Assembly: GCF_009914755.1 (NCBI RefSeq)
Contig: NC_060930.1
Direction: 5' to 3' (one strand)
Length of the DNA stretch: 64,000 nt
From: the human T2T-CHM13v2.0 reference genome, Homo sapiens
This document shows, in pieces, positions 48,312 to 63,469 of the stretch; within the stretch, counting starts at the first letter, position 1; the number at the start of each line of letters is the position of its first letter. The notes beneath the pieces are model-generated. The model searched no databases, was not told the DNA's origin, and worked only from the letters and a program-made list of their open reading frames with translations. The translations under genes were made by a program, and so were the position numbers.

Positions 48312-49148
48312 CTAATATAATTATTAGAAGAAGGAAATGACAAAGTAAAAAGTTATAACACTTATTTTAAAGTTTAGGTAGAAGCTGTATTTGGGAAAAA
48401 TCGTTGGTCAGTTATAAACTGGAAATCTGATTAGTGACTATTACTTGCTACCATAATGACACAGGCCCCAGCTTTGCACATAGGTATAGCTTAGTCCAAA
48501 TCCTGGCTCTGTTGCTTACCTACTATGTGACTTCAGACGATTTACTTAACCTCTCTGAGTTTCCATTGATTGTATAATAATTCCTACCTAAAGGAAATGT
48601 GGGTGGACTCAAACATAATAACACATGTAAAACACCCACTATAAAGAGGAAGCCAATATGCTTCACTTAACTTAACTGCCCTAATAGCTCTGTAAGACAA
48701 ATAATGTTTCTATTCATTATTCTATAACAAAATTAAGTGGTGGAGCCAGGATTCAAACATAGAAAGTTGGGTTCTAAGGCCCATACTCTTAATTCTATTG
48801 TATACTGCCTCTCTGAAAAGTAGTCTTTTTATATTGTCTGTGAGGAAGAATCTATTAATTTATTTTCTAGCACTTTTTAGATTCTAAAATTAGAAGTTTT
48901 AATTCAAGGGAATTCTGAATATTCACTGTCATCTCCCAAATTTTTGTATTTGCCTTTGTTTTTACTATGAACTAGATATTCCATTAAGGGAATTTTACTG
49001 CTCCAGGAATCTATTGACAGATCTTTTGGGAATGGGAAATAGGAGAGCTAGGAGCATAACTTGCCAGGTGTAAAATTAAATTAACAAATGTCATCCTTTT
49101 GTACATGCTTTTAGGTCACCAACCACCTCTCCTTTCACTGCAATGTAC

Positions 49149-49272
49149 CTGCTCATTTCGTATATGTGTCTCCTCCTCTTGTTTCAGGGTTCTAAGGTAG
49201 AGCCAAGACTTGTCCCCTATTTCTGCAGCAGATTGGTCCTTGAAATAGTAAGTTGCAGATGCAGATCTATCT
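49149..49272 (-). CDS. PLA2G7: Lp-PLA2 exon 7
   Basis: DRSASATYYFKDQSAAEIGDKSWLYLRTLKQEEETHIRNEQ. Confidence 0.95.
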
Positions 49273-49921
49273 CTATAATACAAGCAAAATTATTATTTAT
49301 GCATGCTCCTTCCCTTCCTCATCTGACCCATGTTTCTCAGTTCCATCCTTGACTCAACTTCCTCTGATCTTTTGACTTCCCTTTCTTCTTCCACTCTATA
49401 TTTTCTCTTAAATTAAAGAAGACTGTAAAAGAGTTCCAGGAAAAAAACCTTATTGTCTATCATCAAGTTGCAGGTAAACTCAATCCATTCTATCTTCCTA
49501 ATTCTGGGAGGCAATGTTAGCCATGTTGAAACTCAGTCTCAGGAATCAAATCCCGGCACTGCCACTTACTAGTTGTGTGACTTTGGGCAAATTACCCTTT
49601 ATCACCTCTATATTCCTCTTCCTTAAAACAACAACAATAATAATAATAACCATCTCATAGGATTGTTATGAAGACTGAATGAAATGGCGTATTAAAAACA
49701 TTTCGCATAGGACATGGCAGGCAATAAACACTCTAGAAATGTTAGGTGCTTTTAAGTCTTTTAAGTCGATAAACTCAATCTCCTTTTTTGCTCATGATGT
49801 TACCATACTTGAAAGTTCCATCAACATTTTAAATAAACTTTTATGAAAATTAGAAACATAGTTATGAGCATTGACATTCCCTGTAGTTGGCCAAAGAGCC
49901 CAATTATATCAGGTAACATAC

Positions 49922-49990
49922 CTGTGTTCTACAGCAGCAACTATAAACCCATGAGATGCCAGGTCAATGCCAATAGCAGAATAAAGTGTC
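49922..49990 (-). CDS. PLA2G7: Lp-PLA2 exon 6
   Basis: TLYSAIGIDLASHGFIVAAVEH. Confidence 0.95.
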
Positions 49991-50117
49991 CTTCAAAACA
50001 AAAAGAGGGAAGAATTACAACTACCAGTCATGATTACAAGGCTGAGTCCACTAATAAAACTGGGAACATGGAGGCCATTACACCCCTGTAGTAGTGCCCT
50101 GGGGTGGAGTGGAGAGC

Positions 50118-50328
50118 TACGGTTCTTAAAGGAGGGTGATTTTGTTCCTTAGGGGATATTTGACAATGTCTGGAGGTATTTTCATTATCATGAATGTGGG
50201 CGAGGGTATTTCTGGTGTCTAGTGGGTAAAGGGATGCTGTCAAGCATCCTACAATGCACAGGGCAACCCTTCACAACAAGAGATTATCTGGTCCAAAATG
50301 TCAAGACTACTAAAGTTGAGAAAACCCA
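50118..50328. mobile_element. MER20 hAT-Charlie element
   Basis: ggggatatttgacaatgtctgga ... catcctacaatgcacagg ... ccaaaatgtcaa ... gttgagaaaaccc. Confidence 0.85.
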
Positions 50329-50334
50329 GGGCAG

Positions 50335-50755
50335 TGATTATAAATATTGCCTTTGAGAGTTTTGGGTTTTTAATCTTGGCTCTGCCACTTCCCAGCTATA
50401 TGATTTTAGGTAATTACTGCATTTTTGTCCTCACCTGTAAAATGGGCCTAAGAGTAAAGCATTTGTTTTAGGGTAGTTGTAAGGTTTTGCTAAGATAATG
50501 TATATAGGAAAGCAGTACAGTATTGTAGTTACAAGAATGAGACCTGCAGTCTGACCACTGAGTTTGAACCCTGGTTCTACCACTTGTTAGCTGTGTACCT
50601 TTAATAAGTCACAATATTTTTGCTGCCTTGGTTCCTTATCTATAAAATGGTGACACTATAATAGTATGCTACCTCATCAGTGAGGATCAATTGAATTAAT
50701 ACATTTTCAGTACTTATATTAGAAACAGGTAAATACTTAACACATGTTAGCTATT
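50335..50755. mobile_element. Two adjacent MIRs
   Basis: Two MIR cores (tcttggctctgccactt..; cctggttctaccacttgttagctgtg..). Confidence 0.65.
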
Positions 50756-50966
50756 ATTTAAATGATTGGACTGGGTGAAATAGTTGAAAAATCATGTGCT
50801 AAGCACTGCATTTATGCCCTCTTCCACAGCTTCATTTGCACAACCTTTTCCTCATACCATGCATTCAATAGGAAATGTCCACAGAGAATAAAAAGGAGGT
50901 AGCTAGAAACTATTTATTTATTGCTGAAGATACAGGACCTTTTCAAGAGGGGGGAATGATATAGCA

Positions 50967-51186
50967 CAGGGATTAGCAAACTTTTTCTGTTGAAGGCCAG
51001 AGAGTAAATATTTCCAGGTTTGTGGGCCATAGTCTTTGTCACCACTACTGAACTCTGCTGTTGTAGGACAAAAGTAGCCATAGACAGTGTACAAAAATGA
51101 ATGGGTGTGGCTGTGTTCTAATAAAACTTTATAGAAATAGGCAGTGGGCTGGATTTGGCCCTTGGGTTCTAATTTGCCAGTCACTA
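50967..51186. mobile_element. MER58A hAT element
   Basis: cagggattagcaaactttttctg..aaggccaga..gtaaatattt ... ggctgtgttctaataaaacttt ... ggatttggccc. Confidence 0.85.
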
Positions 51187-52112
51187 ATGTAGGAGAAATC
51201 AAATAGCTAGCTGAACTACATTTACAGTGCTGAAGAGAATTCTTTATTGCAAGTGCTACCCAACTTCTTCCCAGCTAAAAGCCATCTCTCTTATTTTCTG
51301 AGTTTTACAATCCCTTGAAGTAGAAGAGGGGTGACAGGTGAGAAAGTGGTGGAAGAAAGTGAAGAGGGTGGTTGTTGTTATGAAAATGTGCCACTCAGCT
51401 ATCATGCTACAGACTGCATAGCTTACTAAAGACCCTATCCAGCTCCTGCCCCTCTGTATCCATCACCATGGTCAAGTGGAAGCTAAGCATCCAGTGAGCT
51501 GCTCCCAGAGACTTGGCACAGCATGGGTACTAACATTAGCCCATTCCTATGAGATACAGGACTCTTGATAAGCAAATATAGTCCAGCACTCCTTCCATTG
51601 GCCTGGCTCAATATTTCTTAGAACCATGCTTCATTCTGAAGCTCTTCTTATCCAATCCTTCTCCCTTCCCCATCACCTTTTCAGGTGTCCAACCTGTGTC
51701 ATGGTCCAAAGGTTCTCCCCATCTTTTCCTGCTCCTTCTCTTGCCTTCACAGATATTTCTCTTAATAACAGTCTTTCCCAGCTAATCTAAAATTGGTTTC
51801 TCAAAAGTTCTAAACTTTACAGAGGATAATTTTAAGAGTGTAAATATTACAATAATGAAGGACAACTATAGAAAATGCAACACCCTTTCTTCTCTGCTGT
51901 GAGGCTAATCCCAATGAGCTGATAGTAGGGAAAAAACTACTTGACCAGACAGGTCTAGGACTGATCAATAGACCCACAGCCAATTATTGAGGAAACCCAA
52001 CTCCTCCAGACAAGGGCCTGCATGACATTCCAAACTCTGCTATTTCTTTCTTGAATAAAAAAATTGTCATTTATTCCTGGAAGCCAAAATTGTTCAACCT
52101 CTCAAACATTAC

Positions 52113-52206
52113 CTGAATGCCCCAAGACCATGAGAAAAAACAACAAGTGGATATTTTTCACCAGGCCTCAGAGGGGAATTCCAGTTTGCAGGAGTTGTCA
52201 TTGAAC
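52113..52206 (-). CDS. PLA2G7: Lp-PLA2 exon 5
   Basis: SMTTPANWNSPLRPGEKYPLVVFSHGLGAF (oxyanion-hole HGLG). Confidence 0.95.
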
Positions 52207-52381
52207 CTAGACAACAATGGAAGGTTATAGTTAAGGTTTTCTCTGAGTGTTGCTAGTGAATTTAATTCATATCTCATTAGCATAAAATGCAGACCCATCT
52301 GATTTATATCTACTTTTTTATGGATGAATAGTAGATTCATTAAAAAGACTGCTACTAGATACCCACCAACCAAAGAGCTGA

Positions 52382-52686
<305 letters not shown>

Positions 52687-54036
52687 GTAAGTTCTTTCCT
52701 CAGACCATAGGATCATTAACGATGAGTTCTTACTGACAGCTCTGGACTTAAGGTGAGAGATTTTCCCACTTATAGGTGTATTCATAAAGGCTGCTACTTA
52801 CTGCCATTCCCAGGTTTTGGAAAAATTTTAAAGGGAATGTTCTGAAACCAAACTACCCATAAAACCTTGGATACATTACACTAAGAGCCAGAATCTAAGA
52901 AACAGAGACTCTGTTCATTATGATTTGGTCATAATCATGCAGGAAAAGGTAGAGAAACCACTGACTTCATACTGAGTCATGGATGCAGCTCTGCCACTTC
53001 CTAACTATGGATCTTGGGCAAGTTCCTTAAACTTTCTGTACTTCAGATTCCTCTTCTGTAAACTTCAGAAAATGATATCTCTTTCATAGGGTTTTTGTGA
53101 GAATTTTATTTAATTAGGTAATATATGTAAAGCAGTGGTGCAATCCATCACATAGTAAGGGGCTCAAAAAATGGAAATATTGTCTTCTTTCACTTCTCAA
53201 TTTTTATTGTCACCATTATTATCAGCAATCATTTGTGTTTCATTTTCTCATCTATAAAATGCAGATGCAGTCATAAAGACTGAATGTGATGATTGCTGTG
53301 GAAGTGATTTATAAATTATTTTGCAACATAAATATGCAGAGTTATGCTATTTTCATGTCTGTTATAAGTGGTTTTTAAGAAAATTAAAAGCCGATGTTTA
53401 AGATGAATCCCAAAATTTGTAGATCGTTTTGAGGGGTAAATGTGAAGACACAGTTAACATCAGTCCAACAGTAGTGTCTAGTCAAACAGATAAGGAAGGA
53501 AAAGTCTATATTAGCAGAATGTAGACAGTAAGTGAAGAATACACATCAGATTGTCTTAGCGATGGGGGTAGGTGATGGGAATGAGAGTAGAGTCTCTTCA
53601 TGTATGACAAGAAAGGCATTAGCTTTGACTCCTTTGTTTTGGATCTGGAGAGTTTGATGGCTTCTACTTTCTTTCTCTTTTTGTCTAACTTTAGCACAGA
53701 GCATGCGGGATAGTGGCCACACCAAATAACCTGCTATTCTCACCACGGTATTGCCTTCTCCATGGTATGTCAGATGAAAACTAAAGAGCAGCCACAGAAA
53801 GATGTCAGAGTCAGTCTGATACTCTCGGCCACTCCCATCCAACTCAGAATGGACAAAATGAGAACCTTGATTCTGTCGTAGTTGCCTGGGCTTTAAAGAA
53901 ATACTTTCCTTATCATTTTAGGAGCTATTTGGACTGAAGAAAAATCTACTTTGGTCTTAACTACTTGAAGTTCTTGTTGTTTTCAAGGTTTTCATACATG
54001 CAAGAGCCTACAAAGAAGGATCAACAGAAATCTTAC

Positions 54037-54181
54037 CAAAGAGTAACCTCAAAATGTTGCCCATAAGCCAGTGTGTTCCAAGAAATTTGCTAAGACCCCA
54101 AAAATATTCTTTATTTGGGATCCAAAGGGTGTCAAGGCGATCATTATCTTGGGATGGATAATATAAACGCAAGAAGGTGCC
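54037..54181 (-). CDS. PLA2G7: Lp-PLA2 exon 4
   Basis: GTFLRLYYPSQDNDRLDTLWIPNKEYFWGLSKFLGTHWLMGNILRLLF. Confidence 0.95.
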
Positions 54182-54627
54182 CTGTTAAGAAAGAAATTAA
54201 TGCACTTTTAGAGAAGTTGTGTCTCAAACATATTCCAGCAGCTATTTTGCATATTTAATTAGTGGGGACTCAAATACCTCTGTGTTCACAAAAAGGTCTA
54301 AAGAACTTTTTAGGCTGCTGTGGTGATTGAAGATAGTCATGAAAGAGAAACAGAAAAACAATATTCTATCTCAGTGAAAGGAAAATACAAGCAGCCTGGC
54401 TTCAGGTATTAAGGAAGTGAAAAATAAGGTTTATAGAGAAATTAATCAGACAATAACAAAGAATTGAGGAATGGCCAAACTAGTAAAAGCCTTCATATGA
54501 AACAATACAAATTGCAAAATGAGTCATTCTCAGGTGAGGGCAAGGTCACATTTGAACACCTTCTAGTGGTCCATAGCGACAGACAATATTAGAGTATCAG
54601 GATAAGTTGTATAAATCAAAGCATTAC

Positions 54628-54749
54628 CTTATTAGTGTGATCAAACATTAAGTCTGTACAACCAACGGAATAAGGCCCATTTCCCCGGGGGATTTTAGTT
54701 TGGCCAAAGCTTGCAGCAGCCATCAGTACTTGTATTTTGTTGACCCATG
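54628..54749 (-). CDS. PLA2G7: Lp-PLA2 exon 3
   Basis: WVNKIQVLMAAASFGQTKIPRGNGPYSVGCTDLMFDHTNK. Confidence 0.95.
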
Positions 54750-55140
54750 CTGAAAAACAGGTAAATATTATCTCATTTGTCATCCATTACATATCAGATT
54801 TTATTATGCAAAAGAATTCCAACGGAATCAAGTTACTTCCCATAGTTTCTGGCCTTCTTTCTTTCTCAACCTAACAAGTAAGATATGCAATTATTGAGGG
54901 TCTGCTCTGTTTGAAACACTGTGTAGGGGTTTTGGAGGGTAAAGAGATGAAAGTAGACATAGCCTTTCTCTCAAGCTGCCTTGGACTGTTACCTCCTAAT
55001 GTTTGCAGCCTTGCCCTCTCATTCTACTTCTATCCAGAGTAAATTAAAGATGACTTCACAAATCTGTTTTTCCTAAACATGAACTTTATTTCACATTTCA
55101 GATTTGTGCCTATAACTTCTCCTTGAGCATCTCTACCTGA

Positions 55141-55668
<528 letters not shown>

Positions 55669-56999
55669 CCAAACCTCTATTGCTAACATTAGTTTTTAGC
55701 TTAGAATGATCTCCACAATATATCGCTGACCCTCTAGCTCAACTGTCTCATTTATGCCCTCACTGTCTCTTGACCAGACTGTTGCTCTCTCTCCTAACTG
55801 TTCTACCCACGTTGGATCTTGACCCCTTCAAATGCATCCTTTACACAGCTCCTGGAGGGATTTAAAGCACAAATCACACCAGACAATTCTTAAAATCCTT
55901 CAATGCCTCCCTATCAGCAAGTGTTCTTTCCTTGAAGGAGGAATGTATTGTAATCTTTTTGGAAGGCAGTTTGTAGGAGGAATTTAAATCTACACATGCT
56001 TTCCTAAGCCAATACTCTGCTACTTGCAAAAATGTGGCCTATCCTTCCAGTGCTCTGGGGTTGAAACATACTGAGGTTCACAGGTGCACAAGTTAAATCC
56101 CAAGTTTCTGGGCACTGCAAAGAAACCCTCCACTGGAGGCCCATTGCCTCATACTCTTCCTCTTCTTCTTCCCCTTAAGTTATACCCCTTCCTTGTGCTA
56201 CAGTACTCCTGAGCAACACACTGGGCTGGTTGATGCCACTGCACCTTTGTAAATGCTACTGCCTATGCTTAAATCCCCTTAGCAAACTCCCATTCACACT
56301 TTAATACCTTGGTCAGATGTCCTGTCTTCTCTGAAACCTTCCCTGATTTCCCAGACAGACTTAATCATTTCATCCTCAATATTACATAGATTCTATGTGC
56401 ATGTGTGTATACACACATGTAATCATTCTTCCTGTCACATATTAAACTTATGTGTCTGCATGCTACACTAGGCTCTTTCTTCAGAGCCATATCCATGTCT
56501 TTGCATCCTCTTAACACAGTGTCTGGCACATAGTCAATGCTCAACAAATACTTGTGAAAATAAGCTCAGTTAACTTGAATGGCCACTGGTCTCTCTTGTT
56601 TTCCTTTAAACCCTTTATCACATGCAGTATTTTACTCATCCACTCCTAAAACTACTTTTCTCTCTCTGGTGCAATCTTCCACACACCAGCAGCTTCATCC
56701 GTTCTCCTTTCTAAACCTCAATCAAATCCATATTTAATTACAAAATATCAGTGTATTCAGACTCTCACTTTTCTTGACATATTCAGCTTGTCCACCCATT
56801 CCTTCCATTGGATGGTGGGAGTTGATTACTCTCTGCTAGCCAGCTATCAAGAGCTATGTTAGATAAAGCGTCTGCATCAATACCATGGAACATTGCCCAG
56901 AAAAGTTTTGAGTCATGGGAAGAAACCAATTTACAGCCTCCACACTGGTGACTCATGTGTGAAACACCTGCCCATGATGAAGCCTTTCAATACATAAGG

Positions 57000-57135
57000 C
57001 TCAGCTACTCAAAGCTGATCCATGGACCAGCATCACTGGCACCAGCTGGAGCTTGGAAATGCAGGCTCCTGGACTTCACCACAATTCCACTCAATCAGAA
57101 AAGGAGTGCCCATTAAAGTTTAAGAGACACTGGGC
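57000..57135. mobile_element. MER5A-type fragment
   Basis: ctactcaaagctgatccatggaccagcatc ... aaagtttaagagacactgg. Confidence 0.6.
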
Positions 57136-58695
57136 TGAAGTTCCAGACCACCTGCCTGACACACAGGTCAGCAATCCATGGTCAAATGGTAGGAGGTAGT
57201 TTCAAGAAAGGCAAGGGGAGAGGGGATGGAGATGAACAAACCCTGTGAATTGGAGGGACATGGTTCTATTTCAGATTTCAGGTGTACCTCTTACAAGCTA
57301 TAATCCTCTGGCCTAGTTGCTCCCCTCTCTGATCCACATTCGTAAAATGACATAAAAGCACTTGACCAGCCCACAGTACAGTTGTAAAGATGAGGTGAGA
57401 ATGTAGGTCAAGTTCTTAGTACAAAACATGACACATAAGGGGTAGACAAATAATGCTGTTTACTCCTTCCCCAGAGTCCATTTACTCTTGCTAGGTAAAT
57501 CTGTGCTGAGTCCTTAGGGAAGTTTTAGCAGGTCTAACCTCTCCCCAGGTAGATTCAAACCCCAGAAACTTTTTTTTTAAACTTTACCTGCAAGGTGAAC
57601 TTTCAGGGTCTATTTTGAATTACAAAAGGCTCTTCTTCCATTAAAAGAGTATCTACTGAGCCATGCTTCTGGTGTAACAGGGAGATGTGAAGTCCCAAGG
57701 AGGAGGACCTTAAGGTAGGGACACCTGCTTCTTCTTCTGTGGTAAGCAGCCTGGTGCTACTGCAACCCCACCCCTAGGCAGGCATGGTGTGCCTGTGCAG
57801 GGCTTGCTGCAGGGAGACCTCTGGCTCACACAACTCGCTAAGGAGCCCCAGGGCCACAGCTGCTGTTGGAGACACTACCTCTAGAATTGGAGGCTCAGTT
57901 CTGGAGGCATGGGAGGGTTTCACCCAACACAAGCCTCCGCTTGTGAGATCTCAATTCCAAAGGACAGGGGAACATTTTCCAATAAGTTAGGAGTGCCCTG
58001 GTTGTCCAACACCTGTTCTCCCTGGGAAGTTTCCTCACTCAGCATTCAGGAGCATTCAGGTCAAGGTGAGGTCTGCCTGTTCCAGGACACCTGACCTCTG
58101 AGAAGACCTCAGGAATCATCAGGCTGATCCAGGTTTTGGTATAGGTCTATGGGGTCCTATGCACCAGTGCCAGGGTGCCTGGGGGTGGCTGTGGAACAGG
58201 CTCCATAGCCTACAGCTGACCCGGTTATGGGCCTGGATTTCCCATTCTCTAACCATCTGTCAGGAGTCATCATTAAGGAAGTGGAAGGAGGAGACTCATC
58301 AGATCAAATGACCACTCACACAGTTTTGTGGTTCAGAATTTATAAATGTCTCTTCTTAGTTTTCTTCAACTTTATTTTAATAGGAGGATTGGAACCTATG
58401 GCATGCTATTAATTTTATTACATATTTTTGGTGGTTTTCATTTGTCAAATATTCCTGATGTTCAGTCTTGGGTTTGGAGATGAACTGTATACATGCTAGG
58501 ACAATTACACTCTTATATGGCTTTATGTCCTCCATTAGTAAAGAGGATATCTCTAGCCCATTCCTACAAACCTTTTAACCTGCATAGCCATATTTTCTGT
58601 GTATTCATTTAGTAAGAAATTATAAAGAATCACCTATTATTTTAATCTTATTTAATAAACTGTTTCTAATACTTTAAACCAATATATATGCATTC

Positions 58696-59172
<477 letters not shown>

Positions 59173-60435
59173 TAAAAGTGAAGGATATAAATGTTTCCCG
59201 AATGATGATTTTCCCACCATCTAAGATATTACCTGTTCTCAATCCATGAAAAAGGTAGTAGGAAAAATGAACTTAATGTCATCTAGGATGCAGGACCCTT
59301 GAATTTGACTACACATTTATTGTCTTAGTCACCAGTGTATCCTTGATGACTTAACTTCCTGATGCGTTATAGGATGAATGGACCTGTGAGATATTATTCT
59401 ATTTCCTATGCAAATGTAGATATAAGATATAAAACCTCTCCTAATGCATTCATTTTCCTGCTTATGTAGTAGGGCAAAATTTAAGGTACTGAATTATGAA
59501 AGCTCTTTTGCAAATGCTATCGTAAGGAGTCACCCATCAAGCTTGAACAATTAGATCCAGAGTGACCCACAACTATCCAGGTGCACAGCTCTGTAGGTAT
59601 AGTCAGTATGACACCATTCAGAAGCCACCTACACTGCTCTCCATAGGAGACTGGAAAGAGAAGTTTATGCATCACAATCCTCTGGGATGAGCAGGAATTT
59701 GCAAAGCTCCAGAAACAATCTTTTTCCAATTAAGGTCTCTCTTAGTGACATTAAATGTAGCCGTCTAAAGATGGCTGTCCCGTTTTGGCCACTCCTCCTG
59801 GGTTAGTCTATGCCTTCCACCTCTTTCTTTCCCCACTTACCACAAGGCAAGAAAGAATGAGTGATCACATCCATTCTCATCTGGAACTCCCTAGCACCTA
59901 CTTGTCCCTACTTCTCTCTATTATCAGGTAGGAAAGATTGTTTCCTTTTGGATCCCAAGACCTGAAATTGTTATCTCACATGACTTTCCACTATTAACCA
60001 GGAGTATGCCTGTTGAACAAGACACCTGCTTCTTTTTCACCTCATGGAAGCAGGTTTTGAGGCTGTCTTGGAGTGGACTCCAGACCAGTTGCATTACTAT
60101 GCTTGTGTGGGCATGCGTTAGGGCAGTCAGAGAGAGAAGGGGTGGCATTAAGGAGGTTCTCCGTGGTGATTGCAAGCTGAGCGTCCAGTATATCTTAAAA
60201 TGTCCCATCCTGGTTCTGTCCTGCAGTCCTGATACTGAAGAACACAAGTGCTTCTTCAATTTCAGTTGAAATGAGGAAAAAGTGAGAACCTCTCCCCTAC
60301 TCCAGGAGAATACAGGATCTCCATAAGCCTTTAAATAGGACTTGTTTAGATGTGCAGATGTGCAACTTCTTGGGGCCCACTTGAAGTATGGCGACAGATC
60401 AGTTGCTCAAGACCTTGAACAAATACACCTCTTAC

Positions 60436-60544
60436 CTGATGATTTCATATGGGCAACAGGATTTATGTATTGCCAGTCAAAAGGATAAACCACAGCCAGG
60501 CAGCCGCAGAGGCAGAAAAGCACATGCAATTTGGGTGGCACCAT
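60436..60544 (-). CDS. PLA2G7: Lp-PLA2 first coding exon (signal peptide); the exon extends to 60578 as 5'UTR
   Basis: MVPPKLHVLFCLCGCLAVVYPFDWQYINPVAHMKSS; acceptor AG at 60579-60580; exon lengths sum to 1326 nt = 441 aa. Confidence 0.96.
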
Positions 60545-61339
60545 CTTGGGAGCTGAGCAGCAGTTTCAGCTTAGTCTCCTTCGAAGCAGATGATTAAAAG
60601 AAAAAAGAAGTATGCAATGAAGAGGCCTTAAATAAGCTGACAAATCAAGAAAGGCTGAGGTACTAGTAACACTTGGAAAAAATAAAACATGTATTTTCTG
60701 TGCTGGGTTTTAGATTGGTACTACAATGGTAAAATCCTTGGTAATGTAGGATTACCATTACCTACATTACTAAGGATTACATTGGATTGTAGAGCAGAGA
60801 AATAATACTTTCAGACAGTTAGATTAAGTTTTTGGTCACTAGTTTTCTAACTTTATAACAGTATGGTCAGCTATAAAAATAGCCAACAAAATATAACAAA
60901 TATAACAACCATCTGTCATCATCATAATAATATCCATAGGTATGTCTAGCACATAGTAAATAATTCATAAATTTTGGCTATTTCCATCATTTAATTATAT
61001 AGTGACTATATTTCTGCTGCTGTGGTTGTTTTGGGTGTTAATATGATGTTATATTCTTGCTAATTTCTATAATCCTACTATGATATAAGTTTCCAAAAAG
61101 CAGAAGTCAGGTCTTATTTGTTGTCTCAGTGCCTAATAGAGGGCCTGGAAGAAGTAGTATTGCATAGATGCTTGTTGAATCAGTAAATGAAACAAGAGAA
61201 TATGAGATGTGTGGTAATAATAAATTATAATTAGTCTGTATGCTAACATCTTATTAGCAAAAACTATCTTGCATTTGTGCATCCATTTTCCCCCCTAAAA
61301 TTTGGCCCTTCAACTTTTGTGGGGGATAGAAAAGGTCCA

Positions 61340-62045
61340 AGCCACCATCATCTCTTACCTAAAATTTGCCATCACCTCTAACGAGTCTCCCTGCTTTTGC
61401 CCTTGACCCTAAAATCTATCCCCAACACAGCAGCCAGAGTGATTGTGTCACCCTTCTGCACAAAACCCCCAAATGGTGTTATATGTTACGGGGGAGAAGC
61501 CATTCACCCAAAATAGCTTATAATGATCTACATAACCTTTACTCAACACACTCCCAATCCTTCCCCTAGCCCCTCTTGGACACCTGCTGCAATCACACTT
61601 GCTTCTTTGCCATTCACCAAACATGCCAAGTACTCCACACCCACCTTCCATCCCCACTTTGAGGGCTTTGAATGTGTTCCCTTTTATGGGAATGCTCTTT
61701 GCTCTGACACCCAAATGACTGGTCCTCTCACCTCCGGGTTTTTGCTCCAGTGATACTTTCTCAGTGACACTTTCCCGGTTCAATCTATTTAAAATTGCAA
61801 TCTAACCTCCTTCTTCACACCAATACATTCCCTATTTCCCTCCCTACTTTATTTTTCTCCAATATTTATCACCAACTAACGTACCTTGTATGTTATTTGT
61901 TAGTTGTTTATCACCTTCCACTAAAAACTTAGTTCTGTGAGTGTAAGGATTTTTGATGGTTTTTCCCCCTGCTGTATTCCCAAGACCTAGAATAGTGCCT
62001 GGTGTACAGAGGCACTCAGTAAATGCCTGCTGAGTGAATAAATCT
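61340..62045 (+). mobile_element. L2 3' portion
   Basis: cacagcagccagagtga ... cctagaatagtgcctgg..cagaggcactcagtaaatg..tgctgagtgaata, L2 tail. Confidence 0.75.
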
Positions 62046-62159
62046 AGCACATCTGGTTACTAATACAAACCGAGCCAAGTTTAATGATCCGGTGTCCCAC
62101 TGACACTAATGAAGCACTCGTTAGTATAGCTATTTTGCGGGAAGATGTAATATAGATGT

Positions 62160-62535
62160 GTGGCACAGACAATGAGTGCTCCTGAACATCTATGTGCTTC
62201 CCTACATTTCTTAGCCGCCCCTGTGGTTGGGCTGGGCCCATGGGGCTAATTCCTGAGAAACAAAAATTTGAACAGAAGTCGTCTGCAACAGAGTCACTGT
62301 ATCTCCTTCATGCCTTCCTTTCCCTGACACAGCAAACTTAGAAATCATGTGCTGATGTAGTGCAGTCTTGAAGTGAAAGACGCCTGGATACCTAGTCACT
62401 GAACAGAGAAGAGCCCCTGCCAATTCAAATGACCTTTCACAAATGGGAAATAAACCTTTGCTGTGTTAAGCCACTGAAATTTCCAGGTGAAGCTGTTATT
62501 GCCTTAATGGAGCACAGCATGGCCTATCCTGATTA
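62160..62535 (+). mobile_element. MLT1-family LTR (degenerate)
   Basis: aataaacctttgctgtgttaagccactgaaattt ... agcatggcctatcctga. Confidence 0.6.
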
Positions 62536-62888
62536 TCAGATCTGCAGTCATTCAATCAAAGGGTATTTCTTAAGCAAATACTATATGCCCTCTCCTATGG
62601 CAACAACTGTGGTAAGTACCAGAGAATTTGACACAATCCCTACTCTCAGAGAGTTTACAATTGTGTTTCAGAGACAAGACTAGCATATATTAACAATATA
62701 ATACAGGAAGAAAGCAAATTACAGGGGCATTTTATAATTCTTAGATGATATGGTACAAGTTCTGAGAGCAACAGGAATGTAGACAGAAAGATTTCAAAGA
62801 GATGGGGCTTTCGTGTAAGGGCAGCTCCTATTGTACAGGCTAGAAAGACCCAGATAGGCAGCTGGTAAATGTGTTGCTGGAGCTCTAA

Positions 62889-63182
<294 letters not shown>

Positions 63183-63469
63183 AAAACTTCTTAAACTACT
63201 TGCAGAGGGACTGTATTTCCTTATTCAACATCTTTCTTTTGATCAGAAAAAAAAGGTATATATGTGCAACTCTTTAAGATTATTTATAATTTTGGTTGAT
63301 TTTATTTGATCTTATTTCAGTATTACATTTAATTATATTATAAAGTTAATACATGATTTCAAAAATCCAAACATAACAGAAAAAGGTAAATTGAGTTATC
63401 TCTTCGCAAATAATGACTTGCTAACAGATTTTTTTCCAGAGGCATTTCTAGGCTCGAATACATGCACAC

